Part shown: in pieces, positions 26,401 through 36,960 of the stretch
Layout of the letters: each line of letters starts with the position of its first letter
How positions within the stretch are numbered: position 1 is the first letter of the stretch
From: Camelus ferus
Lineage: Eukaryota
Direction: 5' to 3'
Length of the DNA: 64,000 bases
Assembly: GCF_009834535.1 (NCBI RefSeq)
Contig: NC_045696.1
Coordinates: 106,642,001 to 106,706,000 of the forward strand
The notes under the pieces: generated by a model
The model's database searches: none
What the model saw: only the letters and a program-made list of their open reading frames with translations
What the model was told of the DNA's origin: nothing
Position numbers and translations under genes: made by a program

Positions 26401-27799
26401 CAAAACCTTCCCTCTTAGCCCATCTTTACCTACTTCATCTCACTCTCACATTATTTTAAAGAAAGAAAACTTCATTGCATATTCTAGCAAAGTGTATTGG
26501 TAGGGGAAGATTTAACAGAGCCAGAGAGAATGTGCAAGGAGTGAGAAAGTGAATTGATGGATGGATGGTTAAATGAATATAAATGAACTGACACCTTTAC
26601 AGGAAAATAACATTTCTTTTCTTTTTTTATTCTATAGATCAGTGGGTTTTGTATCTGTAATTCTTTCATATCAGCAAAGAGGAAATAAACTCTCATGTAA
26701 ATCATTTCCCCCCCATCTGGAGCATATTAAAACCATGCCTTTTTTTTCTTTTAAGCAGACCCTTTTTTCCTATTTGCTTATCAGTTCATCCACCATTACA
26801 TTTTAAATGAAATTGCGGGACCCTTGTCCCTCCCCCAAATTTCAGCCTGATGTAGGAAAGTGGGAAGCAGACTTTTCTTGCTTTAGAATAGTGACCTAGA
26901 TTCAATTACAGATAGACTCAGAAGAGAGAAGTGATACCTCACAATTTTCTTAGAAGTCTCAAAAAAATTAGAAATCCCAAAACAATACTTAATGGAAAAG
27001 AATCTTGTTTATTTCTTCCATTCTACCCGTTTACTTTTTTTCTGCCTTAATTGCATTGCTTTGGTCCATTTAATTGTTGCTGATATAACAACATCACAAT
27101 AGGTTTCCCATGGGATGTTTAGAATCATAAAAACGGGCATTTCAAGGAAATTTCTGAATTTGGTTTTTGAGAGTTGGTGTCTACATATGGAGTGTGTGTA
27201 ATCCTGCAAACCGAACCCAAGCAAGATTAAAAAAATCGCATAAAAGGTGTATTTTTTCCTTATGTTCTTAAAAAAAACCCAAACAAATTACATTATAAAA
27301 GCATACAAATTTAACTTGCATTGCAGACATAGCACTGAACTGCAGAAAAACCAAGGGTGTATATATACATAGATATATATATATTTACTGTTTTCCCAAT
27401 AACTGGGAAAAAATGTGTCAAAAGAAATAGATGGGAGAATCCTGTGATTGCGCTTATTGACTTTTATCACTAAATTAAGCATATAAATGACCTGAACGGG
27501 TGGCTTGGTATATTAAATTAAAAAGAGAAGAAGAACAATGATTCTCTCTTCCTTTACCCTCCCTCTCTGATCTCAGCCTGAAAGGAGTCTCGGAGAGATA
27601 AGAAAGATGGGATTTGGTCGCGCTGTTCTGGTCCGTCCTGCTTCTCCCGGGGTAGGGAGACAGTTAGCTGTCTTCCACTCAGGATATCCATTCGGGGTTC
27701 ACAAGAAGCAGTCTCAAGCTGGGGCACATTTGCTGCCACCTCCACACACACACACACCCCGCCCCCCTCTCCCAACAGAGAAAGAAGCCAAATTGGCTG

Positions 27800-29850
27800 T
27801 CCCAAAACCAGTGCTCTGCGGAACCTTTGAGGTGCGTGCGGGCAAGGCAGGCGGCTGTGAGAGGGCGTGGACACCTCTACCCTCGCCGCGGGGTTGGAGC
27901 CGCCCAGCGTAGGAAGAGGGCAGAAGAGGGCTCGCGTCTACGCGGGTATCCGAAATGAAAAAGCTGCAAACTGCGCGGGAGAAGTACGAGGGTGAGATGC
28001 AGAAAACAGAGCAGGGGCGCCGCCTGGGTTCTCAGATACCTCGGATGGATGGATTTTCCCCGAGAGATTATTTCAGTTCCTGAAAATAGGGCTCCGCTGG
28101 GCGCTGGCTGCGGCACTAGGGGTATGGATGTGCGCCTGACCCTGCAAGAAAGGGTCCCCCGGGTCGTGCAGGGGAGCGCAGCAGGCTCCGGGCCCCGAGG
28201 GAGCCGGCGGAGGATTGTTTCATTTCAAAGTGAAAATCTGCAGGCTTTGGGAAACGATATTCAAAAAAGTATATAATCTCCATATGCCGCTCAATGGAGG
28301 ATCCTCATAATTTACAGCAGCAGATAAGGCTAGAGGGTGTAATAAAAAATCTGAAGCCCTCCCCTCCCCCTAGCCGGCTCCCCGGAATTGCACCTTGGGC
28401 AGCGGAGCAGAATCCGGAATGTGAACTTCTCCCGACATATGTTTCCCGCAGATAAGTAAACAATCTGGACGTGAAATGGAAATGGTAATTAATGCAGTAA
28501 TGCTGTTACACCTCGAGTGTGCAAATCCCATTGACTCGCCGCGCCACGGGGGGTGCCGGGCGAACGGGGACTAGAGGAGTGCGCCTCGGCCGCCTGCTCC
28601 CTCCCTCTCTTCTCCCTCCTCCCTGGGTCCCCGGGCGGGGCGTCGGGAGAGCCCGCGGGGGCTTGGCCCGAATGCAGGAAGTCGGGAGTCGCTAAGCGGC
28701 TCTTGGGACGCCTGGCTCTCCGCCCTCCGCCAGCTGGGCGGGTGCGCCGCGCCACCTCTCCCGCGGCACCCAGCGCGCGTCTCACACCCACCTCCCCTCC
28801 TTCTCACCGCCGCTCTAGAGCCCGCAGAGCCTCCCGGCTCCGAGGTGCGGCCGGGCGCCGAAGCACCCAGAAGAGGCTGGGAGCGGCAGGCGGCGCCGGG
28901 GCCTGCAGGCGGAAGGGGCCGCGCCCTAGAGCTGCAGGTTGCCCCGCACGCGTCCGTCGCGTCTCATTTTACGTCTCCTCCCTGCTCCAGGCCGAGGGCA
29001 GCCCGCCCGGCTCGCAGAGTTTTTCTGAAGTCCCTACCGTCCCTGCCTTGAAGGCACGGATCCCTAATGAATTGCTTCTTTTCCTGACCCAAGAGTGAAA
29101 AAGTTGGGAACTAGCCACTAGCTGCCAGAGTAGCGCAACTCCTCCACTTTGCAGCAAAGAGGAAACTCGTGGGCTCTTTTCGGACACTGTCCGGCCTAGG
29201 CAGCCGCTCCCTTCCCCAACTCGGACCAAACTCTTGGGGGGCTTTGGAGGGTCAGAGAGGATGCCCAGAGCAGGAAGTCGAGGGAAGATGACGGAGAATC
29301 TAGGGAAGCTGACCAAGAACGTCCGGGACCAGTGGCCCTTTCCGCTTCCCCAGAGTACAGCTCCTACACTCGGGCCCCAGGGACAGGCCAGGAGTCCACG
29401 AGTGACAGCTCAGCTGGACGCAGGGCCGAGGTCTGGATGAGGAGGGGGTGTCGAAGCTCCTTCTTTTCTCTTACAGTCCCTTCCCAGTGCCAGGGCGGAC
29501 GTCACCAAGCTTCGCTCCCCAAGCGCGCACAGAGCCAGGGTTAAGCGGCGGCAACCGCGAGTCTCTGGTTTGGTGAAGACGCCCCAGGATTTCAAGCGGC
29601 CCACACCCGCCCCCAACTTCATTATTTCTTAATTACTCTGCGACGGCCCAGCGCCAACCTTCTGGTTCCAGGACAAAGCTCATCCCAGTAACGCCAAGAA
29701 AGAAACCAGCCCAAGTAGCACTCCCGCACCTGGGTCTGCGAGGGACTCGGAGGCCAGGGCAGGGACAGAGGCTTGGAGCAAGCGCCCCTCGGCGGAGGCG
29801 GGAAGCACCAGTCCCGGTATCTCCAGCACCCAAATCTAACGGGCCCCTTC
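27800..29850. promoter_or_regulatory. CpG island downstream of SOX14
   Basis: GC-rich with dense CpG (e.g. 28530-29050); non-repetitive. Confidence 0.85.
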
Positions 29851-30559
29851 TGCCTCTGTCTGTCTTCCTCTCTAACACTGAGACACAGGTACGATGTGCT
29901 CAGTAAATAAAGAGACGAGAGTCCTTAACACGAATCTTGTGAATTACATGATATTCAAATTCAAATGACGTGAAATTCATTGTTCGCTTGCACAATGGTG
30001 ACAAAAACTGAACTGGGGAGGAGCCGAAGGAAACGAGTCCTCGAGGGCAGTCCTGGCACCCTCGCTCGCCAAGTTTTCCAGGCCCTAGATCTCTCCAGAG
30101 AAGCTGCCCGGGCTGGAGACACTTCTCTGGATGGTGTGATGTAATGAAAGTGCCCTACGCCCCACCCTGTCTGAAATATCACTCTGCTTTACATGACTGG
30201 AGTGATTCCTGGAGGTTATCTAGATCCTGTTTTAAAATGCAAATGTAAAGGGAATCTCAAATGTCAGTCACTCACACCTCAGTATGATTTACTCTAAGTA
30301 GCTGGTCTTTCCCATCAATAAAGTTAGCAGTTCTAGGGAAATTGATATTTAAATGAGAAAACTCGGAAACTGGAAGGGAATCAGAGGTTTCTGGAGTCGG
30401 ATCCAAAGCTGGGGGAGCGCATGAAAGGCTGCAGAGGCTCTCCAGCAGAGACCAGGAGCAGAAGGGGACCAATGATTCCATTTCTCCCAGAAGTGGCCAG
30501 CGTGCCTTTGAGCCAAATGGCTGTCAAGGTTTAAGAAAGAAAATCTAAATCTAAACCAC

Positions 30560-32000
30560 TTTTGTCTTTGCCGCCCAGAGCCGCCGGCTGCCATCCCGAG
30601 CAGCGTGTTGGCCAGGTCTCCGCGGTCCTAGGAAGCACCCAGTAGAAGAAAGGCAGGGGCGAACGCAGCAAAGATCAGAGTCAATTTTTTGTTGTTGTTC
30701 CCTGGAAGCAGTCGCTCCCGCAGGCTAGAGGCCCCCAGGGCCTTACGTGAAGCCCCTTCTCGAGCGAGGCCCAGGCTGCGGGCAGAAGTCCGGGACTCCC
30801 GGGCTGCGGGAAGCGCGCTAAGCGCAGAGGGATAGACGGAGTCCCCACCTTTGGGGTCTCCGGGGCCCTGCTCGTGAAGGGAGCTCGCCTTCTCCCGGCC
30901 ATGCAGTCTGTCCAAGGGGACTCTTGTTTGCTCTTGGCTGCGCGTCGCGCGCTCGGGAGAAGCGGCTCTCCTCGACTCCGGGCAGGCGGGGCGCTGCTCT
31001 CCCTACAGGTTTGCTTTAATGATTTTCTTGAAAGAAAGAGACAGTTGTGAGCAAACAGGTTTGACAGGGACTGCTCCCCCCCCCACCCACACACCCTCAG
31101 GGGATTTCTTTTTGTCTGCGCCTGACTTCAAAGTCAGTAATCGGCCCCTGTCAGCGGCGTGACGAGGAGGATTTCGGCTGTTTGTTGGGGCGAGTCCCGG
31201 CTGCGCACCTCTGCGGAGGCTCTGCGGCCCGAGGGGCGCAGGAGGCAGGGCCGAGGCTGGTCCCTGCGGGGTCGCGGCTGGGGCCAGGCCTTAGGAGCGC
31301 AGACAGCTGCACAAGCCCTACTGCGAGGGAAGGAGACGAGGAGTGATTGGCAGAAGCGGCCAGAGCTAGGTCTGCGGCTGGAGGTCCCGGGACCTGCGCT
31401 GGGCCCTCCTCTCCCTGCTGGCCTGAAATAAGTCTCAGTGACTCAGCCGCAGGCGCACCCCAGATTCTTGGAGCCCCCTTCTGAGTCCCCAGGGCCGGGC
31501 TCAATTTGGACCCTGGTTTCAGTTTTCCAGCTACCGCCGCCCGAAGCCTTCCCCACTTGAACCCACCTGGCGCCCCTTCCCAGCCTAAACCCGGCTGGAA
31601 GTCGGCTGGACGCCCCTGTAGGGCCGTGCGCCGGGTTCCTCCTGGGGCTGGGGCCCTCTGTGCACCCAGGGCACTGGTGCGCCGGGCTCTGCGGGGAGAT
31701 ACCCAGACCCCTGTAAGCTTCATCTTAGGAGATGTTAAGGGACACTGAGCTATGAGGGAGATCAGGGCGGTTGACAGGACTGTCAGTTGGGGTTATATCA
31801 GACAGCGAAACCGCGAAGCCTCCCCCTTGGGCCTCCTAGGCTTCGTGGGGGCGGGAGGAGGGGCTTTTCTTATGCGCCCTGAGCCCCTAGACCGGACAGC
31901 CACCAGAGGCAAGTCACTTCCTAATTGTCTCGATTTGTAAGAGGGTTTTGTAATGCTAAGTAAGCGTGGCGCAGTCCACCCAGCCTCCCCCCACCAGTCT
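30560..32000. promoter_or_regulatory. CpG island downstream of SOX14
   Basis: GC-rich with dense CpG; no credible coding ORF. Confidence 0.8.
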
Positions 32001-33484
32001 CTCAGACCGTCTTTGTTTACCTTCGCCTGATCGCTCATTTATTTATCTATCTATTATTTATAGGCGTCCCCTCCTATTCAGCGCCCGTGTATGTTAATTG
32101 TGTTATACCATTTAATTCTAACATCGGTCTCAAAAGAGCTCTTAATGAGAAAAGCATATACAACATGGATCACTTTGCTATTCAGCTCAGCCAGATGGAC
32201 AACTGCTAACTTTTTTTTTTAATAATGAAAATCCCCCTTTGACAAAGGGGTTCAGATGAATAGGCTCCAAATAACACCTCAAACATTTCTAATTGTTTTG
32301 AGGACAATATGCTAATCCGTGGTTTTCGGCTTTGGTGTCTGTTGACAACGTTTGCGTGCGCTTCCAGCCACCGACTCCTTTGGAAACGGCAGAGGCAAGC
32401 GCACAAATCCCTCAACAGCAGCAGAAAGTAGACAAGCCGCTAAACTGCCCCCACCCCCACCCCGCGCCAAATCAAAGCTAGTGAGAAAAGCCCCCGACCT
32501 ACAGATAAATACGCGTGAGCACAGCTCTGGGGGTGAGACTGGGGACAGGAGACAAGAGATGGGGGACACCCTTTGATTTTGAGAACAAGTTCCAAAGAAT
32601 TGTTCTGGAAGGCATCAGGAGGTCCTTTCTCCCAATGAAAAACAGTAATCTTCAAGCAAACATTAACCCACCCGGGATAAGAAAAAGGCTCTTTTCCTTG
32701 CTTGTTAAACGCGAAGGGCTACGCCTTATTCAATTTTTATGATGTTTAAAAAACTCATTGCATCGGAGCCGTGTCACTACCACCTTCCTTTTCCCTTTGC
32801 ACCTGCAGACTCTTCATAAAAAGTCTCCTTCAATTCGGAGTGGTGACCTAGGGCACATTTTTCAGCATTTCTTAGACTTTTGTTTTTTAACTTAGGAGTC
32901 CCAAATCCTCAGAAGAGCCAGCAACAGCGTTTTCAAACACCTTGTTAAAAAAACAAAAACAAAAACAAAAACAAAAAAAACCTTTCCACCGCTCTTCTCA
33001 CAGTATTGAACTTAAACACCCACCGCAGGATGCGGTGCTCTGTGCGCAACTGGTTCCCTGTAGATTCCGCGCTTCTCTCCATTCCTTTGGAGTTTGGTTT
33101 AAAAAAAAGAAAATGCTCTCAGATCTCAGAAGTCTGGGTTGGCCTTTATCTTAGTTCATTCGCTCCTTGAAGTGGTTTGACCACTTCGTGAAAAACGCAA
33201 GGGAAGAGTGATATCCCAGGGACAGATACCTTTGTCCAGCCTCTAAAGGCAAAAAGTGGATCCAGAGGGCATGATCGGGACAAAACCTAGACTCTGTGCC
33301 CCTTTTCACCCGGCCCACGGACCACCAGACTTGGCACACGCAGACCAGCCACCAGCTGCCACTGCTGGAGTCACTCTATATCCTTTTAGCCTCCCAGCAG
33401 CCCAGCTCCCAGACCCACAGACCTGGCCTCTGGACTTCAGATTTTATGCACATCAAAGGTTACTTTTTGCAATGACAGATTGTC

Positions 33485-33490
33485 TTTATT
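33485..33490 (-). terminator. Polyadenylation signal AATAAA (distal) for SOX14
   Basis: TTTATT on + strand ~800 nt past the stop codon, at the end of an AU-rich 3'UTR. Confidence 0.7.
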
Positions 33491-33591
33491 CAAAACGTCT
33501 TTGTTCAACAAATGAACAGAGTAAGGAGGTGAAATCCTTCTAGGTACATTTCCAAGACATTGTCAAAACATTTATGACCATTTAGGATGTT

Positions 33592-33597
33592 TTTATT
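33592..33597 (-). terminator. Polyadenylation signal AATAAA (proximal alternative) for SOX14
   Basis: Second TTTATT on + strand, 107 nt before the distal signal in transcript direction. Confidence 0.45.
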
Positions 33598-34293
33598 GTT
33601 TTAATTTTTGTTCACTTTCTACTTCCTGACTTCATAACCTGACATTCTGTCTAAAAGTAAACTTATGTCTCTAGGAGCACTGCTTTATACAAAGTAAATA
33701 ACCATGTGGGTCCTTTTGTTTTACCTTTAAAGAAGCAAACACTATCATGGTATGATTTTAAATAGAAATGTTTCCCTTTCTGTAGTTTTAAAGTTTTAAG
33801 CCTTTTCCCCCACACATGAAGAGCAAATGGCACCTAGTTGTGTCTGATGGCAAAACACAGAGACACAGCTAACTCTTTCTTCAGAGTGCGAAAGAAAAAA
33901 TATATATGCATATTCTAGATATAATACTAGGATCTGGCAGATCTGGAGTCCAAAGCCCATCAGAGAAAAGAGAAGGGGACATAAATAAAGCAAAACTGCC
34001 TACTTTTTTTGTCCAAAGAGGGTACAGTCAGAGGTTTGTTTTGGGACAGGCGGGCTAGGGACAGCTGTATAGCTGTCATAACGGTCGCAAGTTTCTGGCA
34101 CCTGTCTGCGCCTTGGGTCCGGGAGGACGCCCCTACCATCCCCGTGGAAGAGAGAGAGACAGACTCTGGGGTAGGGTAGAGGGTGGCGGCAGGGGTGACC
34201 CGGAGTCATCTGGAGGCCCCGGCTAGGCGCAGAGGACAGGGTGCAGACCCCGCTTCCAGGCTGCCCTCCAGGTCTGGCAGGCCGGGCTGGGGG

Positions 34294-35016
34294 TTACATG
34301 GCTGTGGCGTGGGCTGACGAATAAGGGTCTATGCCAGTCTTGGTCATGCCCGGGAAGAGGATGTAGGCGACGGGGGGCTGCAGGGTGGAGGCAGACCAGG
34401 CGGTACAGTTACAGGGCACGACGTAGCCCGGGTTGGTGGGGGACGGGTGCGTGTGCGTGTGCTGGCTGGGGCAGCTGAGGCTGCCGAAGGCGCCGTTCTG
34501 GTAGCCCAGGGTGGATGCGTAGGGCAGCGCGCCGGTGGCCAAGGTGTGGGGCACTTCACCCATCTTCTGGATGGCGCTCGAGCTAAACTGCGCGGGGTCC
34601 AGCAGGGAGTAGGGCGCCGAAGCGGGCGGCAAGAAGGCCCGAGCTTTCTCGGGCGCGCTCAGGAGGCCGTCGGAGGCCCCCACGGGCAGGCCGGCCGCCT
34701 TGAGCGGGTCCGTGTCGCCCAGGTAGGGCAGGGGGAAGACATACCTGTCCTTCTTGAGCAGGTTCTTGGGCTTGCGCCGCGGCCGGTACTTGTAGTCAGG
34801 GTGCTCCTTCATGTGCTGGGCCCGTAGCCTCTTGGCCTCGTCGATGTACGGCCGCTTCTCTGCCTCGGACAGAAGCTTCCATTCGGCGCCTAGGCGTTTG
34901 CTGATCTCTGAGTTGTGCATCTTGGGGTTTTCCTGGGCCATCTTGCGCCGCTGGCCTCGGGACCATACCATGAAGGCGTTCATGGGTCGCTTGATGTGGT
35001 CTGAAGGTTTGGACAT
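34294..35016 (-). CDS. SOX14: SRY-box transcription factor 14 (SoxB2), intronless, 240 aa
   Basis: Translation [49 protein letters not shown]...[22 protein letters not shown]...[10 protein letters not shown] gives an HMG box, the group B motif and the SOX14 C-terminus. First in-frame ATG is at 35016 (context GGGACCATGT), TAA at 34296-34294, 723 nt. Confidence 0.99.
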   Translation of the reverse strand: MSKPSDHIKRPMNAFMVWSRGQRRKMAQENPKMHNSEISKRLGAEWKLLSEAEKRPYIDEAKRLRAQHMKEHPDYKYRPRRKPKNLLKKDRYVFPLPYLGDTDPLKAAGLPVGASDGLLSAPEKARAFLPPASAPYSLLDPAQFSSSAIQKMGEVPHTLATGALPYASTLGYQNGAFGSLSCPSQHTHTHPSPTNPGYVVPCNCTAWSASTLQPPVAYILFPGMTKTGIDPYSSAHATAM

Positions 35017-35479
35017 GGTCCCGGAGGCTAGGCGGGTGGGGGTGGGGAGTGCAGGAGCTCTGCAGGCGAGCCTGGACGCGGTTGTCGGTCTGCCTGTCTG
35101 TCCGTCCTGAGCCGGGGCTCTGCGCTCCCCTCGCCTCCACACCAAAGAGGGGAAGCCAGAGAGAAGCGCTAACCCCGCAAAGTTCAGCTGATCATGCCAG
35201 TCTCAGCACCCAAGCAGGCCCCGGGGGGGCGAGTAGGGCCAGGAAGGGCGGGGGAGGAGAGGGCAGCCGGCTGGGGGGCTGCCGGCACCAGAGGCTGAGA
35301 CCCAAGTACCGAAGTCTCTGGGATTAAGTGGCCAGGTAATTTGCAGGCGAGGGCAGGAAGCTCCTCCTTCTCCCCGTCTCTACCTTCGCCTTCTCTGGTT
35401 CTCTTCTCTCTCGTGTCTACGGCCGTGGCTCCCTCCCCCCGCCCGTGGCTTTCCGGAGCCTCCTCGCCTAGAACAGCAC

Positions 35480-36000
35480 CTGGCTGAGAATGCGGGGAGG
35501 CTGGTGAACGGGAGCCAAAAGCGGCGAAGTTCAAAGGCGAGGTGGGCCCGGACCGCAACGCACTCTGACATAAGCGCGGGGCGGTGACTCCCCAACCTGG
35601 GCTCCAATCAGCAGCAGAGAAGGCGAGGGGGCGCACCTGCCAACGCGCCCGCGTTGGAAAGACTGAGCGCGACTGCTGGGGGCGGGGAGAGGTGTGAGGG
35701 AGAGACAGAGAGCGAGAGAACCGAGCGGCCAGCTCCGGACTGGGGACTCGGATGCCACATTGTTTCTGGCACTGTCAACAAACAAAACTCCCCGCGCGGG
35801 TTTCCTTTTTCGACTGGGCAAAGGAGTGGGACTTCGAATACAAAGACCAGGGAGGGGCAGCAAAGGGAGGGAGCCGAGGGCGCGTGTTGATAAATAGGAC
35901 AGCCTCGCCACGAAATGCAAGGGCAGCACTTTCCCCCCTTGTCAAAGATCCTTAGAAGAGAAAAAGAATATATCAGACTCAGGTTAAAAAGCGAAATAAA
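35480..36000 (-). promoter_or_regulatory. SOX14 proximal promoter (CpG-island type)
   Basis: CCAAT box 35604-35608, GC box GGGGCGGGG 35679-35687, SOX site CATTGTT 35758-35764, CTGTCAACAAACA (TALE/Fox-like) 35772-35784. The exact TSS cannot be determined from sequence. Confidence 0.7.
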
Positions 36001-36869
36001 CTTTTCGCGCCGCGCCCTCGGCGGTCTTTTGGCGGCGTTCTCCTGGGACACCGGCGCGGCTCCGCCTCCACTCTGCCCCGGGATGCGGCGCCTGGGCAGA
36101 GTGCTGGGCCCCGGGCTAGCTCAGCCGTGCGTTCCAAGCCGATGCCCGAAGGCCTCCCGTCCGGCGGTGCAGTTTTCAAATTCTGGTTGGCGGGCCTTTA
36201 AGAGCACCGCGACCAGCTCTTCACTTTTATGAAAGAGACGGGGGATGGGTTTCCATTTCGATTTCTATTTATGTTATTATTTAGTGTTTTTAAACCTCTA
36301 ACTTTCCCTACACATCTGTCCAAATCGCAAGGACAATCTGGAGGCCAGCCGGCGCGCGGCGGGGCAAGTGAGCTTTCCCACTGCCCCTTCTGCAGCGACC
36401 CGAGAGCGGAGTCTTAGGCTGTATCCGCACCCGGGGTCGGTTTGTCCCTGGGCGCCTCTTCCCACCCAGCGAGAATGCGAGACTCGTTTCTTGCGTCAGA
36501 TGAACATTCTTCGGGTAAAGAGGACGAAATAACCCGCAGAGCCAACCTGCGCGCCTGTTTCCTTTGAATAATTGCCTGCCCGGTGTGAAATGCCCTTGGG
36601 GGAAATATTTATTAAATGGAAACCATTGTCCCAGGCCCAGCAGGACCTGCGTGTGTTCCAGGCTTATTGGCTTTTGCACCAGCCTCTCTCGGGAGGACCG
36701 ACCTGAAACGTGCGGCGATCCGCGGACTTGGAAGGGTTGGGGGTGGGGGAGGTAAGCAGAAAACGAGGAAGCAGGGAGAGAGGGTCTTTCTTTAGCATGT
36801 AGTGTATCAAGTTTGAGGCAAAGGCTTTGCTTCTCCTTCCTACAATTAGAAGGACGCGTGGCATTTCTC

Positions 36870-36960
36870 ATTCTTAGCTCGCTCTTCAGAGAGGCGGGGA
36901 CTATGCCCATTTTACAGATTGGGAAACTGAGGTTGGGAAAGGCTATGCGATTTGCCATAA
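36870..36960 (-). mobile_element. MIR core fragment
   Basis: cccattttacagattgggaaactgaggtt. Confidence 0.75.

Larger units (their letters stand above)
34050..36750. promoter_or_regulatory. CpG island covering SOX14 CDS, 5'UTR and promoter
   Basis: Very high GC and abundant CpG/CGCG compared with the CpG-depleted flanks. Confidence 0.9.

Noticed and set aside
27550..32050. Many 70-190 aa ORFs in the CpG islands
   Set aside because: R/A/G/P-rich, overlapping on both strands, no recognisable domains; expected from stop-codon scarcity in GC-rich DNA.
35017..35145. 43-codon N-terminal extension of SOX14 in the ORF track (283 aa)
   Set aside because: It begins at a non-ATG codon. The first in-frame ATG (35016) has good context and gives the known 240-aa protein.
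34344..35327. Alternative-frame and antisense ORFs over SOX14
   Set aside because: Shadow ORFs caused by the GC3-rich codon usage of SOX14.
36308..36958. 216-aa minus-strand ORF upstream of SOX14
   Set aside because: Its N-terminus (LSFPICKMG) is a translated MIR core and the rest has no recognisable homology.
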